From: the human T2T-CHM13v2.0 reference genome, Homo sapiens
Reading direction: 5' to 3' (one strand)
DNA: 64,000 bases
Assembly (NCBI RefSeq): GCF_009914755.1
Contig: NC_060936.1
Both the position numbers and the translations under genes were made by a program. Each line of letters begins with the position of its first letter. The stretch's first letter is position 1. The notes under the pieces are model-generated. The model ran no database searches and was not told the DNA's origin. It saw only the letters and a list, made by a program, of their open reading frames with translations. Of this stretch, positions 26,117 to 40,900 are shown piece after piece.

Positions 26117-26602
26117 CTTCCCTCACCTTTAACCCTGGAGAGGGTGATTCCCTCCTGACCCCACAGAGCCCAAGCTGAGTTCTACTTTGTTATTTTCAGA
26201 AGAGCAAACCTCAGAAACAAGAAAGCCCCTGCACCATCGACAATAATGTTTAAAAACCTCAACCCCAAGCAACTTCTTTTCATCCCCTTCTTTTCCCAGC
26301 AAGACTTTTTTAAGGTTCAAAAACAAGCGCAAAACAGCAGCAACAAAAAATCATCAAAATCCCCAGGGTTTTGGTTTTGTTTTGTTTTTCATTATTCTCC
26401 TGGAGCTTTCCCATATCTAATATTTTCCAACCTTTTCCTTAAGGACATTCCCCCAGGTTTCAGGACAGAAGCATCTCAACAGGTGTGGGAGGTCTTTTCT
26501 GCTAGAGAGTGTAATTTTGGAACTGTACTCACATTTCTTTCCAATCTGGGCCAAGGTCTAATTCAGACGCATAACTGAAAATCTGGGTCCACTAACAGTG
26601 CC

Positions 26603-27239
26603 TGTGATTGTCCAACGGGTTGTTCCTGCCCACTGCACAAATAAAGACCACGGCACTGCAGTCAAGAAAGAGTTTAATTGCCATGAGGCCGGCCACGCCA
26701 TGTGGGAGATGGAGTTATTACTCAAATCGACCTCCCCAAAAATTCATAGATTGGGGTTTTTAAGGATAATTTGGTGGGTAGAGGGTTGGCAAGTGGGGAC
26801 TGCTGACTGGTAGGGTCAGAGATGAAATCATAGAAAGTCAAAGCTGTCATCTTGCACTGAGTCAGTTCCTGGGTAGGGGCCACAAGACCAAATGAGCCAG
26901 TTTATTTTTCTGGGTGGAGTCAGCTGGTGCATCAGAATGCAAGGTCTGCAAAATATCTGAAGCCCTGATCTCAGGTTTTACGACAGTGACTCTGTACCGT
27001 AATTTCTAATCTTCTAATTCGTAAGTCAAGTCCCTAGGCAAGGAGGGGTTTTGTTTTGGGAAAGAGCTGTTATCATCTTTGTTTCAAAGTTAAACTAAGT
27101 TCCTTCCAAAGTAAGCTCAGCCTACGCCCAGGAATGAACAAGGACAGCTTGGAGGTGAGAAGCAAGATGGAGTCGGTTAGGTCAGATCTGTTTCACCGCC
27201 ATAATTTCCTCAGTTCTAATTTTTGCAGAGGCGGTTTCA
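26603..27239 (-). mobile_element. LTR8/LTR8A solo LTR (ERV1)
   Basis: Reverse strand starts TGAAACCGCCTCTGCAAAAATT; TSD TGCC at 26599-26602 and 27240-27243. Confidence 0.85.
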
Positions 27240-27349
27240 TGCCCAGACAGAGAAACGTCTGACATCGTTGTGCAACCCTAGAATACTGTTGTGAAACTGT
27301 TCTTGTGCCCCATTTACCAACTGCACAAATTCACCAACTTTTTCAGACA

Positions 27350-27960
<611 letters not shown>

Positions 27961-29372
27961 TCCATCTGTTTCCCCTCTCAGATTCTTCCCAGTCACCCTC
28001 TCAAACTTGCCAGTTGGTATTCTATTCCGGTTTAACTCTGGCATTAACTCATCTCAACCTAATCTCAGTGGAATCATAGAGGTAGATTTTGGATCCGACA
28101 TTACCTGGGGGATTCTGTGGGAGTTAGGAGGAAGAGAAGTGAGTGTTTGTACAATCCACTGACAGCTATTCCTGTACTGCCTGTGTCTTCATTGTTTTGA
28201 ATTTCTGTTTCATTTTCTATTTTTAAGCCTGTCTTGAGTCAGTTGAAATCAGATTAGCTGTCCTCTGAAGTTCCTTCCAGTTCTGAGAATCTGTGATTTC
28301 ATTTAATATTAAACAGACTTGTGAGCAAACATGAAGGATGCGGAGGTATTTTATGAACTATAAACATACCAACACCAGTATGAGATTACTAATTCAACCT
28401 TTGTGTGTCTTGTGTATTCACACGGAGTACAGGTGCCTCAGGGAAGGGACCCAATGGTGTTGGGTCACCGGTTTCAGTGCATGCTCAGTATGACAGCCAT
28501 AAGATCTCACTTTGCATGCAGTGGCTGGTCGGGTGCGGGCATCCGTGGTCACACTGCACCAGGGATGCCTTCAGGAAGGCTGTTCAGACCTTACAGAGGC
28601 ATCTTCCCCTACACACAGAATTCCTTTTCTTTCTCACACACATGGTCCTTCAAGTTGTTTTCCAGACTTTTTTGTGTATAGGCCACGGATTCCAGCAGTG
28701 GTGGAGGGTGAGTCACTGTCACCCGTGGTAATTTATCATAGTTACCATGTTGGGAGGTTAGGAGGGGCTGGTTGTCATTCATCCATCCTCAGATTGTTTT
28801 TGTGATTTCTCTCAACATCAGTAGGTTGGGGTTTTTTTGATGAATTGTGTTTGTTTGTTTGTTTTTCTACCTTCCAAAAGTCTTTGTGGGATACTTCATT
28901 TTGGCTCTTTCATGTGTCTGGATGGTCTGACATTTTTGTTTTATTACAAAATTGAGCGGTAGAAACTGTAAATGAAGAATTTCACTCTTAGAAATGTCCA
29001 GCAAAGATCATTTAAATAGGTGAATAAAGAATTGAAGGTCCTCAGTTAGTAACATTACAGTCCTAGCATAAATTCTTCCTTAATTTTCATCTATGATGGG
29101 TTAGCTCTGATTAAAAATACCACTGGGGCTTGCGATTTTTACTTCTCTTCAGTTGCATTCGATATCAATTTTGTTTTAATTGTTTTATTTACATTTCATA
29201 GGAAATCAATGCAATGGACAAATGAGAGAGAAGCAAAAACACATTAATGGCATTTGTTTTTGCCATGTGACCATTTGAAGCAATTCTGGGAATAAACAGT
29301 TTAAAATCTGTTACTGTTTAGAATTAAATACTTTATATTTGGCATGTACTGCCTTCGTCTGATTTCTGCGTT

Positions 29373-29386
29373 GTTTCCATGGAAAC
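29373..29386. promoter_or_regulatory. Perfect palindromic RFX X-box (GTTTCCATGGAAAC)
   Basis: Exact 14-bp palindrome matching the X-box consensus, in unique AT-rich sequence; binding not shown. Confidence 0.45.
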
Positions 29387-29834
29387 GCGCATAATTTATG
29401 TGAAAGCGCCACACCATGTGTGATCACTTATGTTTAAGCCCAGTTTGGGATATTGTCTCTCGTATCCCCACACCTCCTCACCACTATTTTGTCTTTGATA
29501 TGGAGCAGGTGTTGGCGAATGCAGCAACATCACTAAGGCAAGTTCCACCATAGACAACGCAGATATTTTGCTTGGAGAGTTTCTGCTTTTAAAATCTTTG
29601 GGGGAGCCAAGCCAACACCCCATGTTCACTCTGACACGTGGCTTCTGTGGTTCTGCGGGAACAGAAACACGCAGTTCCAGGACGGGCCTCCAGGGGGAGG
29701 TTGGGGCCGCCCTTCCTGCTCAGCCTGCAACCGACTCCTCCCGCCAGACAGGCTGTGGTCAGAGACACAACAGGAAAATCAAATTTGTTGATTTTCCAAA
29801 CAAAAAGAAGTTGGTTTGTTTTTTGTATTTTACA

Positions 29835-30243
29835 GGTTTTTTTTCTACTTCGATAGCATTTTGGTGGTTTTTGTTACATGCATGAATTGTGTGGTGGTGA
29901 ATTCTGAGATTCTAGTGCCCCCGTCACCCAAGGGGTGTCCATTGTCCTAGCGTGTAGGTCTTTTTATCCCTAGCCCCATCCCGCCCTCCTCCTTCTGAGC
30001 CTCTAGAGCCCATTACATCACTCCGTACGCCTTCGCGTAGTCAGCCTAGCTCCCTCTGACAAGTGAGAACATGTGGTTTTGGTTTTCCACGCCTGTGTTC
30101 CTTCACTTAGAATAATGCCCCCAGCTCCGTCCGAGTTGCTGCCCATCGGCTACTGAATGGATAAAGAAAACGTGGTGTCTATACACCAAGGGGTACTACT
30201 CAGCCATTAACATGAATGCAATACTGTCTGTTCCAGCAGCTTT
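29835..30243 (-). mobile_element. Truncated L1PB-like 3' end with an inverted 5' segment
   Basis: Antisense 3' UTR at 29835-30141, then sense GAATGGATAAAGAAAACGTGG...TACTACTCAGCCAT to ~30243. Confidence 0.75.
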
Positions 30244-31981
30244 TTGAGGAAGGCTAGCGCACCTAGCTAATCCATCTGAAGCCTAATGCTGTGCTCTGTT
30301 GTCTCAAAAATCAGTACTTGGAGGCAGGAATGTGGCTGCCTGCAGCAAACCATGAGAGACTCTGGGGACCTCGCTGTGGGGTTTTGGTGGGAAGGCGGCC
30401 CCAAGCCATCCCTGGCTCCTTGGCAGCAATGCAGGGCATCCCAGGGAAGCGGCTGGTGACGCTGGCACCTTTGATCATGAGAGAAGGGCGGTGGGGCCAT
30501 CATGGAAAGCTTTAGAGAACTCAGCTACAAAACAGGAGATGTGGGCCTTGTGTTCCCATAGCCTTAAGAGCGGCATGAAAGAAACAGCCGTGGCTTCACC
30601 TGCCCAACGGGTAGGGAACAAGGCATGAAAAGACAACATTGTAGCCCTGTTGGTGGAGGCCCTCTCTGTCTTCGTCCACGAATGTGAAGCTTCTGATGGT
30701 CAACCTCAGAAATTAATCAAGAGCCTGCAGAGCTGCAGTGGGACAGGAGTGTCCCCCGTTTTATAGCCCATGGCAACACTGGGTCCGTTGGAGCAGGTTC
30801 GTCTGAAGGAGCTGGAGAGTGGCTGCCCGCAGTGGTCCCAGATCCCACCTGTCTATGAGGAGGCCACACCCTCCAGGGCACAGTTGACTGGACCTTTGAT
30901 GACCTCTGACACAAGCAGGCCTCTCCCTGGCCACCTGGCCTGGGCGCCAAGAGTCTTGTTTCGGGTTGAGCCTGCCTCGTAAGCAAGATATGAGGAATCT
31001 CGGGGCTGTGTGCTGGGTGGGGAGCACCTTCTGCCTCATGGACAGAGGGGCAGAGAAGTCAGACCAGCAGAGGAAAGATGACAAAGCCACCTGCAAGGGA
31101 GAGCGGGGGCAGCCGGCCTCCTCTTCCTGGCACCCTCTCTTTTCTTGCCTTTTCTGTCATTAAACTTTCCTGGTTTTCCTCCCATTTCTCTGGACACCCC
31201 TTGGGCCCGCTTGCCAGCTCCTCTGCCTTCTTGTTTAAACAGCATCCCTTCCCACACCGTAGCCTGCTGGATAGAGTCCTGGGTCCCTAAGATGGGACAG
31301 GATGGTGACACCTGGCAGGAAGCGGGCAATGTCCCTACACACAGTTCCAGCTCCAGAGTGGAGGCTCAGGGATTTTGCCCAGGGGAGGGTAAAAGTGAGG
31401 GCTCCAGGTCTCTTCCCAAGGAAACTAACTTCATCTGCAGCACAGTATGGGGAAGTTGAAGCCCAAGGATGCTCTCAAGAACAGCGGAGGTGTGGCGGAA
31501 GGCGCCAGTGGACAGCAGATTCCTGGAGATGTGGGCCGCACTGCAGGCTGGCTAGTTTGCAGGGTCGGGCTGTGGGCTGTTTCTTGGAACAGGAGCGGCA
31601 TGTGGGCAGGGCAGAGCCTCCAAGGCACCTGCTACAGCAGCAGCAGCCTTCACAGGGCAGGCTGGAGTGCCTGTGGAATGAGGGCATGGTGCCTGCAGCT
31701 CGGGTGTGCACAGTGGAGATGGGAGGGAGATAGTGTCTGGGCCAGGAAGACGGAGACGAAGCCGTCTCCTCTATTTCACTCATTAAAAATAACTCTGGGT
31801 CTCAGTTCCTCTGCAGCCAACCAGTCTTGGTGCCTTGGGTAGTTGGGTGTTTGGGGTCTAAATGAGCCTCTGCTTTCTGCAGACCTAGCCCTGGGGCTCA
31901 GCAGAGCGGAGGCCCCACAGTTCATGCTGACTGTGCCTCGCGTGGGCTGGGGCAGAGGGAAGCCAACCAGAGACCCTTCAG

Positions 31982-32129
31982 CCACACGGGGTGTGTGGGG
32001 TTCCATCCAGCCTGCACCCAGCTGCCCGGACACGGCTCTGACGTGGGCTGAGTCCACACGTGGTGTGTGGGGTTCCATCCAGCCTGCACCCAACTGCCCG
32101 GAAACGGCTCTGACGTGGGCTGAGTCCAC
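31982..32129. repeat. 72-bp tandem duplication
   Basis: CCACAC..GGTGTGTGGGGTTCCATCCAGCC...GGGCTGAGT occurs twice. Confidence 0.9.
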
Positions 32130-33296
32130 TCAGGGGTCCTTTGTGCCAATCCATTGTACAGGCAGGGGTGCCTGCTCCCCCTGCCCAGCATGGCCCCACC
32201 CACCTGCACAAGAAGGCCCAGGCTCCCTGTGCCCTGGCTCTGTGCCCCCCAGGCCCTGTCCTCCCTGCAGCCATGCCACATGATCCATGGTGCACTTGTT
32301 TCCGGCTCTGTGCCCCACCAAATGGCCCACCAGCCCAGAGGAAACCCAGGGCCACGTATTCCAAATCGTGATGGGGTGAGCCTGTGGTGCTGTCGAGACC
32401 CTGGAAAAATCCCCTGGGGTGGGGTCCTGCCCTCGGTCTCCACCCCACCTGGCCGCTGACATCGTGGGGATCCTGCCCCTTCCCCACTCCGCTGTGAGCC
32501 GCCCACCCGCTCCTTCCACCTGCCTGAGTCTTGAGTCACGACACTTTGCAGAATTAAGTTACTTCGCCACTGGCTCTCCACTTGAAAGTAACCTCTCTAA
32601 TTGCTCATTTGGGGACCTGACCTGACCCTCTCTTGCCTGGGGCCTGAGGCTGTGATGTTAGCAGGAATCCAGCGTCTATGTCCCCGTGTCCTGTCTACAC
32701 GCGTACACACAGCCCAAGGTGTCCTTCCTGCCACAGGCGCAGTTCTCATTAGGGTCCTGCTGCAGGGCCGCTGGCTCTCCGGTTACCGCTGGGCTGGGTG
32801 GAGCTACAGCACTGGGGGAAGATTTTCTCATTTTGCACTTCGGGACCCACACTCATCCACACTGTGCTGATAACATGGAGCAGAGGGAAGGGCACAGGCC
32901 CCGTGCCCACACTCAGGGGTGTGGCACCAGTGGGGCACCTGTGCAGGCTATGGGACCCGCAGGGAGTGACCATCTGGGGGTGGCTGCCCAGCCCGGCACT
33001 TGCTGCCATGTAGGGGGAGTGGCCAGGTCTGCCGCGTGTCCCCTGGTTCAAAGAATCCAGGGACCCCTGCCATCAGCGAGGTCTTCCGATTGTCACCAAT
33101 GGACCGCCCAGTGTTTCTTCACCCACCTCTCCCCCGCCTCGGCCCCCTTCTCTGGCCTCTGCCCAGGCTGACCTGGGTGGACTGTGGCCCTCGAGGGGAC
33201 CCATGTGGACCACGGCAGCCGAGGCTGCAGAGCCCTGGGTTTAAACAGAGCAGGGATGGGACGCGGCCCCCCACCCCGAGAAGCCACATTAGAATC

Positions 33297-33637
33297 CGTG
33301 TTGGTCAGTCCATTTGAGCCGCTGAAACAAAACCACAGAATGGGTGGCTTAGAAACAACAGAAATTTATTTTTCACCATTCTAGAGGCTGGCAGAGTCAG
33401 CATCTGATGAGGACCACTTCCTGGTTCATGGACGACGCCTTCTGACTACATTGTTGCATGGTGGAAGGGATTGGGGGCTTCCTAGGGTCCCTTTTGGAAG
33501 GGCACTAACCCCAGAAAAAGCGCTCAGTCCTCATAATCTCATCACCTCCCAGAGTTCCCACCTCCTGACACCATCACCTTGGGGGTTAGCATTTCCACAG
33601 ATGCGTCTGGGGAGATACAAGCATTCAGACCATAGCT
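33297..33637 (-). mobile_element. MLT1A-like MaLR LTR
   Basis: GGGTGGCTTAGAAACAACAGAAATTTATT...CATTCAGACCATAGC. Confidence 0.8.
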
Positions 33638-33708
33638 GGGTCCCTGGTGACAGCCGCCTGGGGCCTGCTGGGTTTGAACCTCAGGGACAAGCTGGGCCCT
33701 GGACCCTC

Positions 33709-34649
33709 TGTAACCCAGGTTCAACGGCTCACCACTCAAAAGCCAGACATGAGGGCCAAGGGGTGGTGGGAGGGAAAGCAGCTTTCATCGGAAAGCCAAC
33801 AAGCCAAGAAGATGAACTGGTGTTCTAAAGCACCATCTTAAATGTTAAACTGTGCCACGGGGAGCTGGGAAACGTGACACGGGAGCCACGCGGGGTGCAG
33901 GGCCTGTGTGTCTCACCCCAGTGGCTGTCTTGGGTGGACGGAGGTCTGGATGGTGCCATGTTGACTTGGGCCCGGTGGTGGTGGACGTTGGTCATGACTT
34001 CCCCTAAGCAGCAGAGTCCACAATGGGGGCTCAGTGCCCGGTTTGTTTTGAGATCAGCCTCTGCAATTTCTTAAGCAAGAATCTAATTAGATGAGTGTGC
34101 ATTGCTACAGGGGAGTGTCCGGAGAGGGAAGGAATCGGAGTGAGAGGAGAGGGAGGGAAGAAAAAGAGAGTATGTGATTTTTAAAACTGAGGTCCCTGGT
34201 GTTAAATTAAGTTTAGCCTAAAGCTGCCTCCTTACATATTTTAAGTTCAGCCTAAAGGTTTCTCTGTACATAGAGAACTGAAACCTAAGTGGATGTGTAA
34301 ACAGACTACCCTACTCTCGTGCCAGCCACTGAGGTCTGCAAATGCCCAGCTGCAGCCAACCCGGCGGGCTCCGTCCCAGCCGCAGCCGACCCGGCGGGCT
34401 CCGTCCCAGCTGTAGCCGACCCGGTGGGTTCTGTCCCAGCTGCAGCCGACCCAGCGTGTTCTGTCCTCACTCCCTTTTCTGTGGTCATTTTCCTTTTTTT
34501 CTGTCCATAAATCTTCCACCATGTGGCTGCCTTGGAGCCTCTGAGCCTACTCTGGCTCTGGACATGACCCAATTCGCAACTTGTTCTTTGCTCAATTAAA
34601 CTTTGTTAAATTTAATTTGTCTAAGGTTTTTCTTTTGACACTAGTTACA
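33709..34649 (-). mobile_element. ERV1-class LTR hosting a nested MER57
   Basis: TGTAAC...CTGG|insert|CTAGTTACA termini; subfamily not assigned. Confidence 0.55.
34200..34640 (+). mobile_element. MER57-family solo LTR with an internal 30-bp repeat (~34345-34455)
   Basis: Starts TGTTAAATTAAGTTTAGCCTAAAGCTGCCTCCTTACATA, ends TTTTGACA; TSD CTGG/CTAG. Confidence 0.82.
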
Positions 34650-34877
34650 CTTCCACGCAGAGAGGCTGCCTGTGTTACCTCCAGACCAAGTGAGAACATC
34701 ACCCTCCAGCAGCAGCAGGCCTCTCATCCATGGGTGACTTGGTCTGGGAAGCCATGTGTTCACTGCTGACCTCTGTCAACCAAAAATAAAATTCTAAGGC
34801 CCCCAACCAACTAATGGACCCCCCATCTCAGCCACAGGCATTCCAAAGTAAACTTAAAACAGTGATTCAGGCCCTGA

Positions 34878-35274
<397 letters not shown>

Positions 35275-35335
35275 TAAAACAGATTTTTAAGACTGACCAA
35301 AGAGACTCTTTGTAGCAATAAGATACCAAACTCCA

Positions 35336-35600
<265 letters not shown>

Positions 35601-36349
35601 AAGATACCAAATTCCAACCCGAATCTAGTAAATTGTCACATGAGAGATAGCAGGCCCTGAAAGAAATCTAAGTATTTTACCCAAAAATCTGTTTCTTTAT
35701 TTCTGGAATGGCCCTGCACAGCTGTCTCTTGTGGGGGAAATTTGCATTCTGTAGAGAATCCCGTGCCCTTTCCAGGTCTTTTCCAGAGTCTAGCATCTTT
35801 TAAAGGTCTGAATAGGAAACATTTGCCACCTTTTTCCTCTAAGGGTGGTCATCTGAGAGACTTATCTACGTAATAAGAACCTTGGTCTCCACAGCCTCTC
35901 ATCTCAACCCATACATTCCTCTCTATTGATTCCAAGTCCTTCAATAATAACCTCACTCTTTCAACCAAGTGCCAATCAGAAAATCTTTGAACCCATCTAT
36001 GACCTACTATAGCCGCCCCCAACCCTGCTTCCAGTTGTCCCACCTTTCAGACTAAACCAATGTACACCTCACATGTATTAATTGATGTCTTATGTCTACC
36101 TAAAACGTATAAAACCAAGCTGCAACCCAGCCTCCTCGGGTACATGTTCTCAGGACCTCCTGAGGCTGTGTCATAGGTCATGGTCCTCACATTTGGCCCA
36201 GAATACATCTCTTCAAATATTTTAGAGTTTGGCATTTCTCATCAACACCTCTGAGCCTCCTAGAAGAAGCCGCCCCGTGCACTCCTGAGGTCTGAGCTGT
36301 TGCCTGAGCCCACAGGCAGAGCCATCTGCACCAGCAGAGAACTGCAGAG

Positions 36350-36880
36350 AATGCTGGAGGAATTTAAAATATGTAACCCCAAAATACATTTGCTTGACAT
36401 AATTTGAAACAGCTGCCACAGGCCCCTGTAGAGAATCTCCATTAATGCAGCCAGGCCCCCTCTACTTTCTGTACCTTTCCCAGATTTGGGAGAGATTGAG
36501 AGTCTGACACTGTTAAGAGTCTGAAAAGAAACACTTCCCGTCTATCCTCTCCAAGGGAGGCTTCACCTCCATAACAAGGCTGCCTGTGCTAGCCAAGCCT
36601 CTTCCTTTCTCCCGCTGTTTCCCTGTCTTGCCACTGAGCCTGACTTTGCAGCATGACCTGTTTCTGGCAGTGCTTAGAGTCCTCAGCCTTCCTTGCTGTG
36701 CCTCAGGATGGTGTGGAAGCTTCCGTACCTCATCATTGGGTTGGATCTTCATTCTGAAGGCTCCCAGGCACACATGGTCAGTAAATAAATGTGTGTGCTT
36801 TTCTCCTCTTACTCAATCTGCCTCATGTCACTGACTTTCCAGTGAACGATTAGGGAACCAAGAGCCTGTGGTCCCACAAC
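36350..36880 (+). mobile_element. MER34/MER39-like ERV1 LTR
   Basis: AAAATATGTAACCCCAAAATAC...AATAAATGTGTGTGCTTTTCTCC. Confidence 0.6.
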
Positions 36881-37674
36881 ACCCCTTTGTCATAAGTGTG
36901 GGCTCTGCAAGCCACCCCCAGGCTTCCCCAGATGTCAGGTGAATTAAATGAAGCTCATGGCGGCCCTTACTCCCAACGCTGTCCTCAGAGAGGGCGTCTG
37001 GGGCCTGCAGACCCACTGACAGCTGAGAGGGCACGCTGTGCTCCTGGCCACCTTCTCAGCCCCCTCCAAAGCCCACCTGGCCTCACTCTTGTATGTCAGC
37101 ATCTCCCTGCCTGGCAAATGAGTGAAGTCACTGATAAAACAGTTTCATTAATAATTGTCCATTTCCCAGGAGCTTTTTTTTAAATATATTTTTCCTCCCT
37201 GAAAGCCTTAAGATAAATGGCACGTCGACTGTGCCGGCTCCCGCTCCAGGGCTCTTTGTTAGGAGCGGGGCTGTTTATCAACCGCCAGTCACCCCAGCCC
37301 GGCACAGCAGGGAACAGCGGCTTCTCCCCACGATGTGCTCTGTCCAGGCTGCCCCCTTTCAGCTCAGAACGATGGAACGTGTGTTTCTGCCCCGCGTCAG
37401 TGTGGGCTCCGTTCACCAGAAACCCCCCAGGTTCACAGTAGCCGGGAAACAGACCTTGGTATAGCTCTCATGCTACTCATGGGTGCATAACTGGAGTCAT
37501 AAACAACTCCTTTGTGAGGAGACACGGACCCATCCAGGGCCCTCATGGCTGCTGAACCTGCATCGGCCCAAACCAAACTCGTGATTCCTCCAAAACTTCT
37601 GTCCTTCTGCCTTCCCTCCAGAGAAGGTGGCGCCAACCTCCTCTGTGGCTCAAGCCTCCCAAACAGAAGTCACA

Positions 37675-37992
37675 AGGCCCCGTTCCGCTCCTGGATCCCA
37701 CCCCGTCCACCTCCCAGCCAGGAGTCATGTGGCCCCGTCCCGCTCCTCGAACCCGCCCTGTCCGCCTCCCAGCCAGGAGTCATGAGGCCCGGTCCTGCTC
37801 CTGGATCCCACCCTGTCCGCCTCCCAGCCAGGAGTCATGAGGCCCGGTCCTGCTCCTGGATCCCACCCTGTCCGCCTCCCAGCCAGGAGTCATGAGGCCC
37901 CGTCCCGCTCCTCGCACCCGCCCTGTCCACCTCCCAGCCAGGAGTCATGAGGCCCGGTCCCGCTCCTCGAACCCGCCCTGTCCGCCTCCCAG
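37675..37992. repeat. 55-bp VNTR, ~5.5 copies
   Basis: CTCCCAGCCAGGAGTCATG recurs every ~55 bp. Confidence 0.92.
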
Positions 37993-40900
37993 GACACAGG
38001 CTCCTCAGATGTGTCCTGCCCTTCTTGTTCCTCTGTTTCTCATGCCGGGCATGGCACGTGGCATGCAGTAGGTACTCAGTAAATACATTTTAGTGAAATG
38101 ATGAATCCCCTAGGTTAGAAACTCGTCTAAGTTGTGAGGAGCTTTATTGGAAATCCCATAGGAAGGAGCTCGCTCTGTCCTGGGGGAAGGGGAGGTCTCC
38201 ACATGGAGCCAGGCACCAGCCCCCTTGCACAGTGGCTCAAATAAACCTTCAGGGCCCTGGAGGCTCCCACTGCCAAGACCCTGGAGTGTCTTCCAGCCTC
38301 TGGCTGATGTCCTGCTCGTCCACCTGCGTACCCGGCTCCTTCCATGGAAGGCTCCCGAATGCACGGCCTGGAGTGGGCTTTCTCCTGACCAGCGAGCCAC
38401 TTCCTTCGTCGGACAGAGCACCACGCGGAGTGGAGATTAGAGTGGAGGCAGGCAGGAGAGGGCTGAGGCTGCAGTGTGGTCTCTGGCTGCACCCCGGGAC
38501 TGTCGGCTGAGGACCACAGCAGTCCCGCTTGCCTGAGAGCTCCGAGTATGTCCTGGGAATGGAGGCGACTGGGGCGGGAAGAGGAGAGTTTGTTTGGGAG
38601 CCTCATAGCTTTAAAGACACTGTTGACATCCTATGGTGTTGGCTACGTGGAGGAGTCGGGTCCGAGACTGTGAGGATGAGGGGGTCCAAGTGCCATGTCC
38701 TGGGAGCAGCTACCTGGGGGCTCACGGGATCCTTTGCAGGGGGCCGGGGCCTCCCCTTACTTTCTCGCCAGCACCGATGCCCTTGTTTCTGATATCAGCC
38801 CAGGGATCCCCCCGTGCCCCTGGTCTCTGAAGTTCAGGTAGGGCTCAGGCTACCCTGTGTACCCTCACACCATGGCAGGCACGTGTTCCAGGACAGGCAG
38901 TCGGAGTTACAGTGGCCAGGGCGAGGGAGCCACCCTCCAGGCACGCAGGGAGCCAGGCTTGTCCTGTGCACCCTCCCAGCTCTGGGTCCTGTCCCTCAGG
39001 GCCTCTGATTTGCTGGGCCGTTTGTGCTGCTGTGACTATTTGGTGGGCCCAAGTATGCTGGAGAAATTCTGGATGCCATCCATGACTAATAACCGGGCAG
39101 TGCACTTGCAGGATGCAGCAGCTCCTGGTGCCACGGCCGCCTCCCACACCAGCCCCTGGGGAGTGGAGAGGCCTCCGGGTGTTGCTTCTGCATGTGCTGT
39201 TCATGGACATGTGGCCTGGAAAGCAATTCAGGTTTGCTCTTGGTGAGCCTCGGAAGCTCCAGGCGGCCGCTAGAGTCTCAGACGTCGCCACCCACAGACC
39301 TCTTGGGTTTTGCCATCTTGGCATAAACAGCCTCGGTCCCGACCCCTGCCCTTTATTAAGCCCTCTTCAGTTAACCCGTCGTGTCCCTTCTGACTGCTGG
39401 GGGACTCCCTCAGATACAAGCTGTCTCCTCCACTGGAAGGTGAATGCCGTGAGCGCGGGGCCCTGGTTCAGCACCAGAGACAGCGCTGGCACCTCAAGAG
39501 ACTCAGTGACATTTGCTGAATGAGTGAATGGACAAACGATGCTTCAACTGCGCAGATGCCATCCGCTCTTTCAGGAGCCTGGTCTTCCCACTTTAGCGAC
39601 CATCTGAATCACGTGGGAGGCTGCAGAGACGCAAGAACCTGGGTCTCTCACACTCCATATTCTGATCCCAGGGTCTGGGCTGGGACCTAGGAATTTGCAT
39701 TTTTACCTAGGCTCTCATACAGGCTTCTAATCTGATAGATAAAGTCTTCAGGAAGTCAGCCTCTGATAGACAAGTGCTATCCTCGGAAAACAGCGTACAC
39801 AAAGCTGAAAATAATTTCCCTTTCTGCCTCCTCCAAGGCTCAAGGCTTCTGAGAAACTGCTCGAAATTTTCTCAAAATGCATGCTCTATTTTCCACTCTC
39901 CTCCCCTCTCTGCATTCCATTCAGCCATCCCAAGAGGACCCACATGAGTCGCTGCTCCTTCGTTTCCTTATTCTGGAAACTCCTAAGACATCCTCTCTAC
40001 ACTGATGATTTTGCAGAGCGAAGGAGAAACAATAAACATCTTCCAGAAAGAATTTCTCAGTGACTGCAAACAAGGAGTGAGATTTGCATTCGGGGGGGCT
40101 GTTTGCCCTCAATGTGGGGAGTCGGCAGTGTCAGAACTTGGCAGTGACCCTGAAGACGTGGACAGGAGCAGATGGGATGTTTGACTTCACCTCCCTTTTG
40201 CTCCCCGATGCATTTCAGTGCAGGCCTGGTGTGCTGCACCAGCTGTGTGACAGAGGAGGAGACGAGGAGGAGGTTCTTGGGCACAGGAGGAGCGGGGCTG
40301 GGGTGAAAGCAGCCAGCCAAATGCAGGGGGTGCACTCAGCGGGGGAACCCAAAGTGTGTGGAGAAGAAAACAAAGTGCTCTCCAGGACCAGCCCTGCCCA
40401 CGGCCTCCTGGCCCTCAGGGGGACTCACAGAACTGGCTCAACAGGTGCACACAGATGTGCACACACATGGGCACACAATGCATATACACATATGCATGCA
40501 CACACAGAGACCCACGCACACAGACCCAGACATACATACATGAATGCATATGTGCAGACACGTGCATGCACACAGACACACACACACACACACACGCACA
40601 CAGTACTGGAATCACCACAACCAACATGCCACCTGCTTAATCCTGTTCGAAAGGACTTTCCTTGGCCTCAAGTTTTTCCACACCTGCCACACTCTGCAAA
40701 CCTCCAAGAAGCCAGACCCCCCACAATTGGACAATGTCTGGTTCCTCACAGGAAGCTGCCATCACACATCTGGACAGCAGTGGGGCTCACCTTCTGGGAA
40801 AGCCTGCTCTCCTGCTGCAGGGGGAGGACTCACCAGACCCCAGAGTGGGAGTGTAGGATCGTGAATGCTGCAGAGCCCACATAGTCTGATATCCCGGCGG

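Noticed and set aside
38248-38340. Patchy similarity to the ADGRD1 exon ending ...GPEG
   Set aside because: Needs a ~30-nt insertion and several gaps, and has a weak donor; probably chance.
40200-40310. Possible FN3-like start (PAPPVPKNLLLVSSS) on the minus strand
   Set aside because: Derives from a pyrimidine-rich tract; the conserved Trp/Tyr residues are absent.
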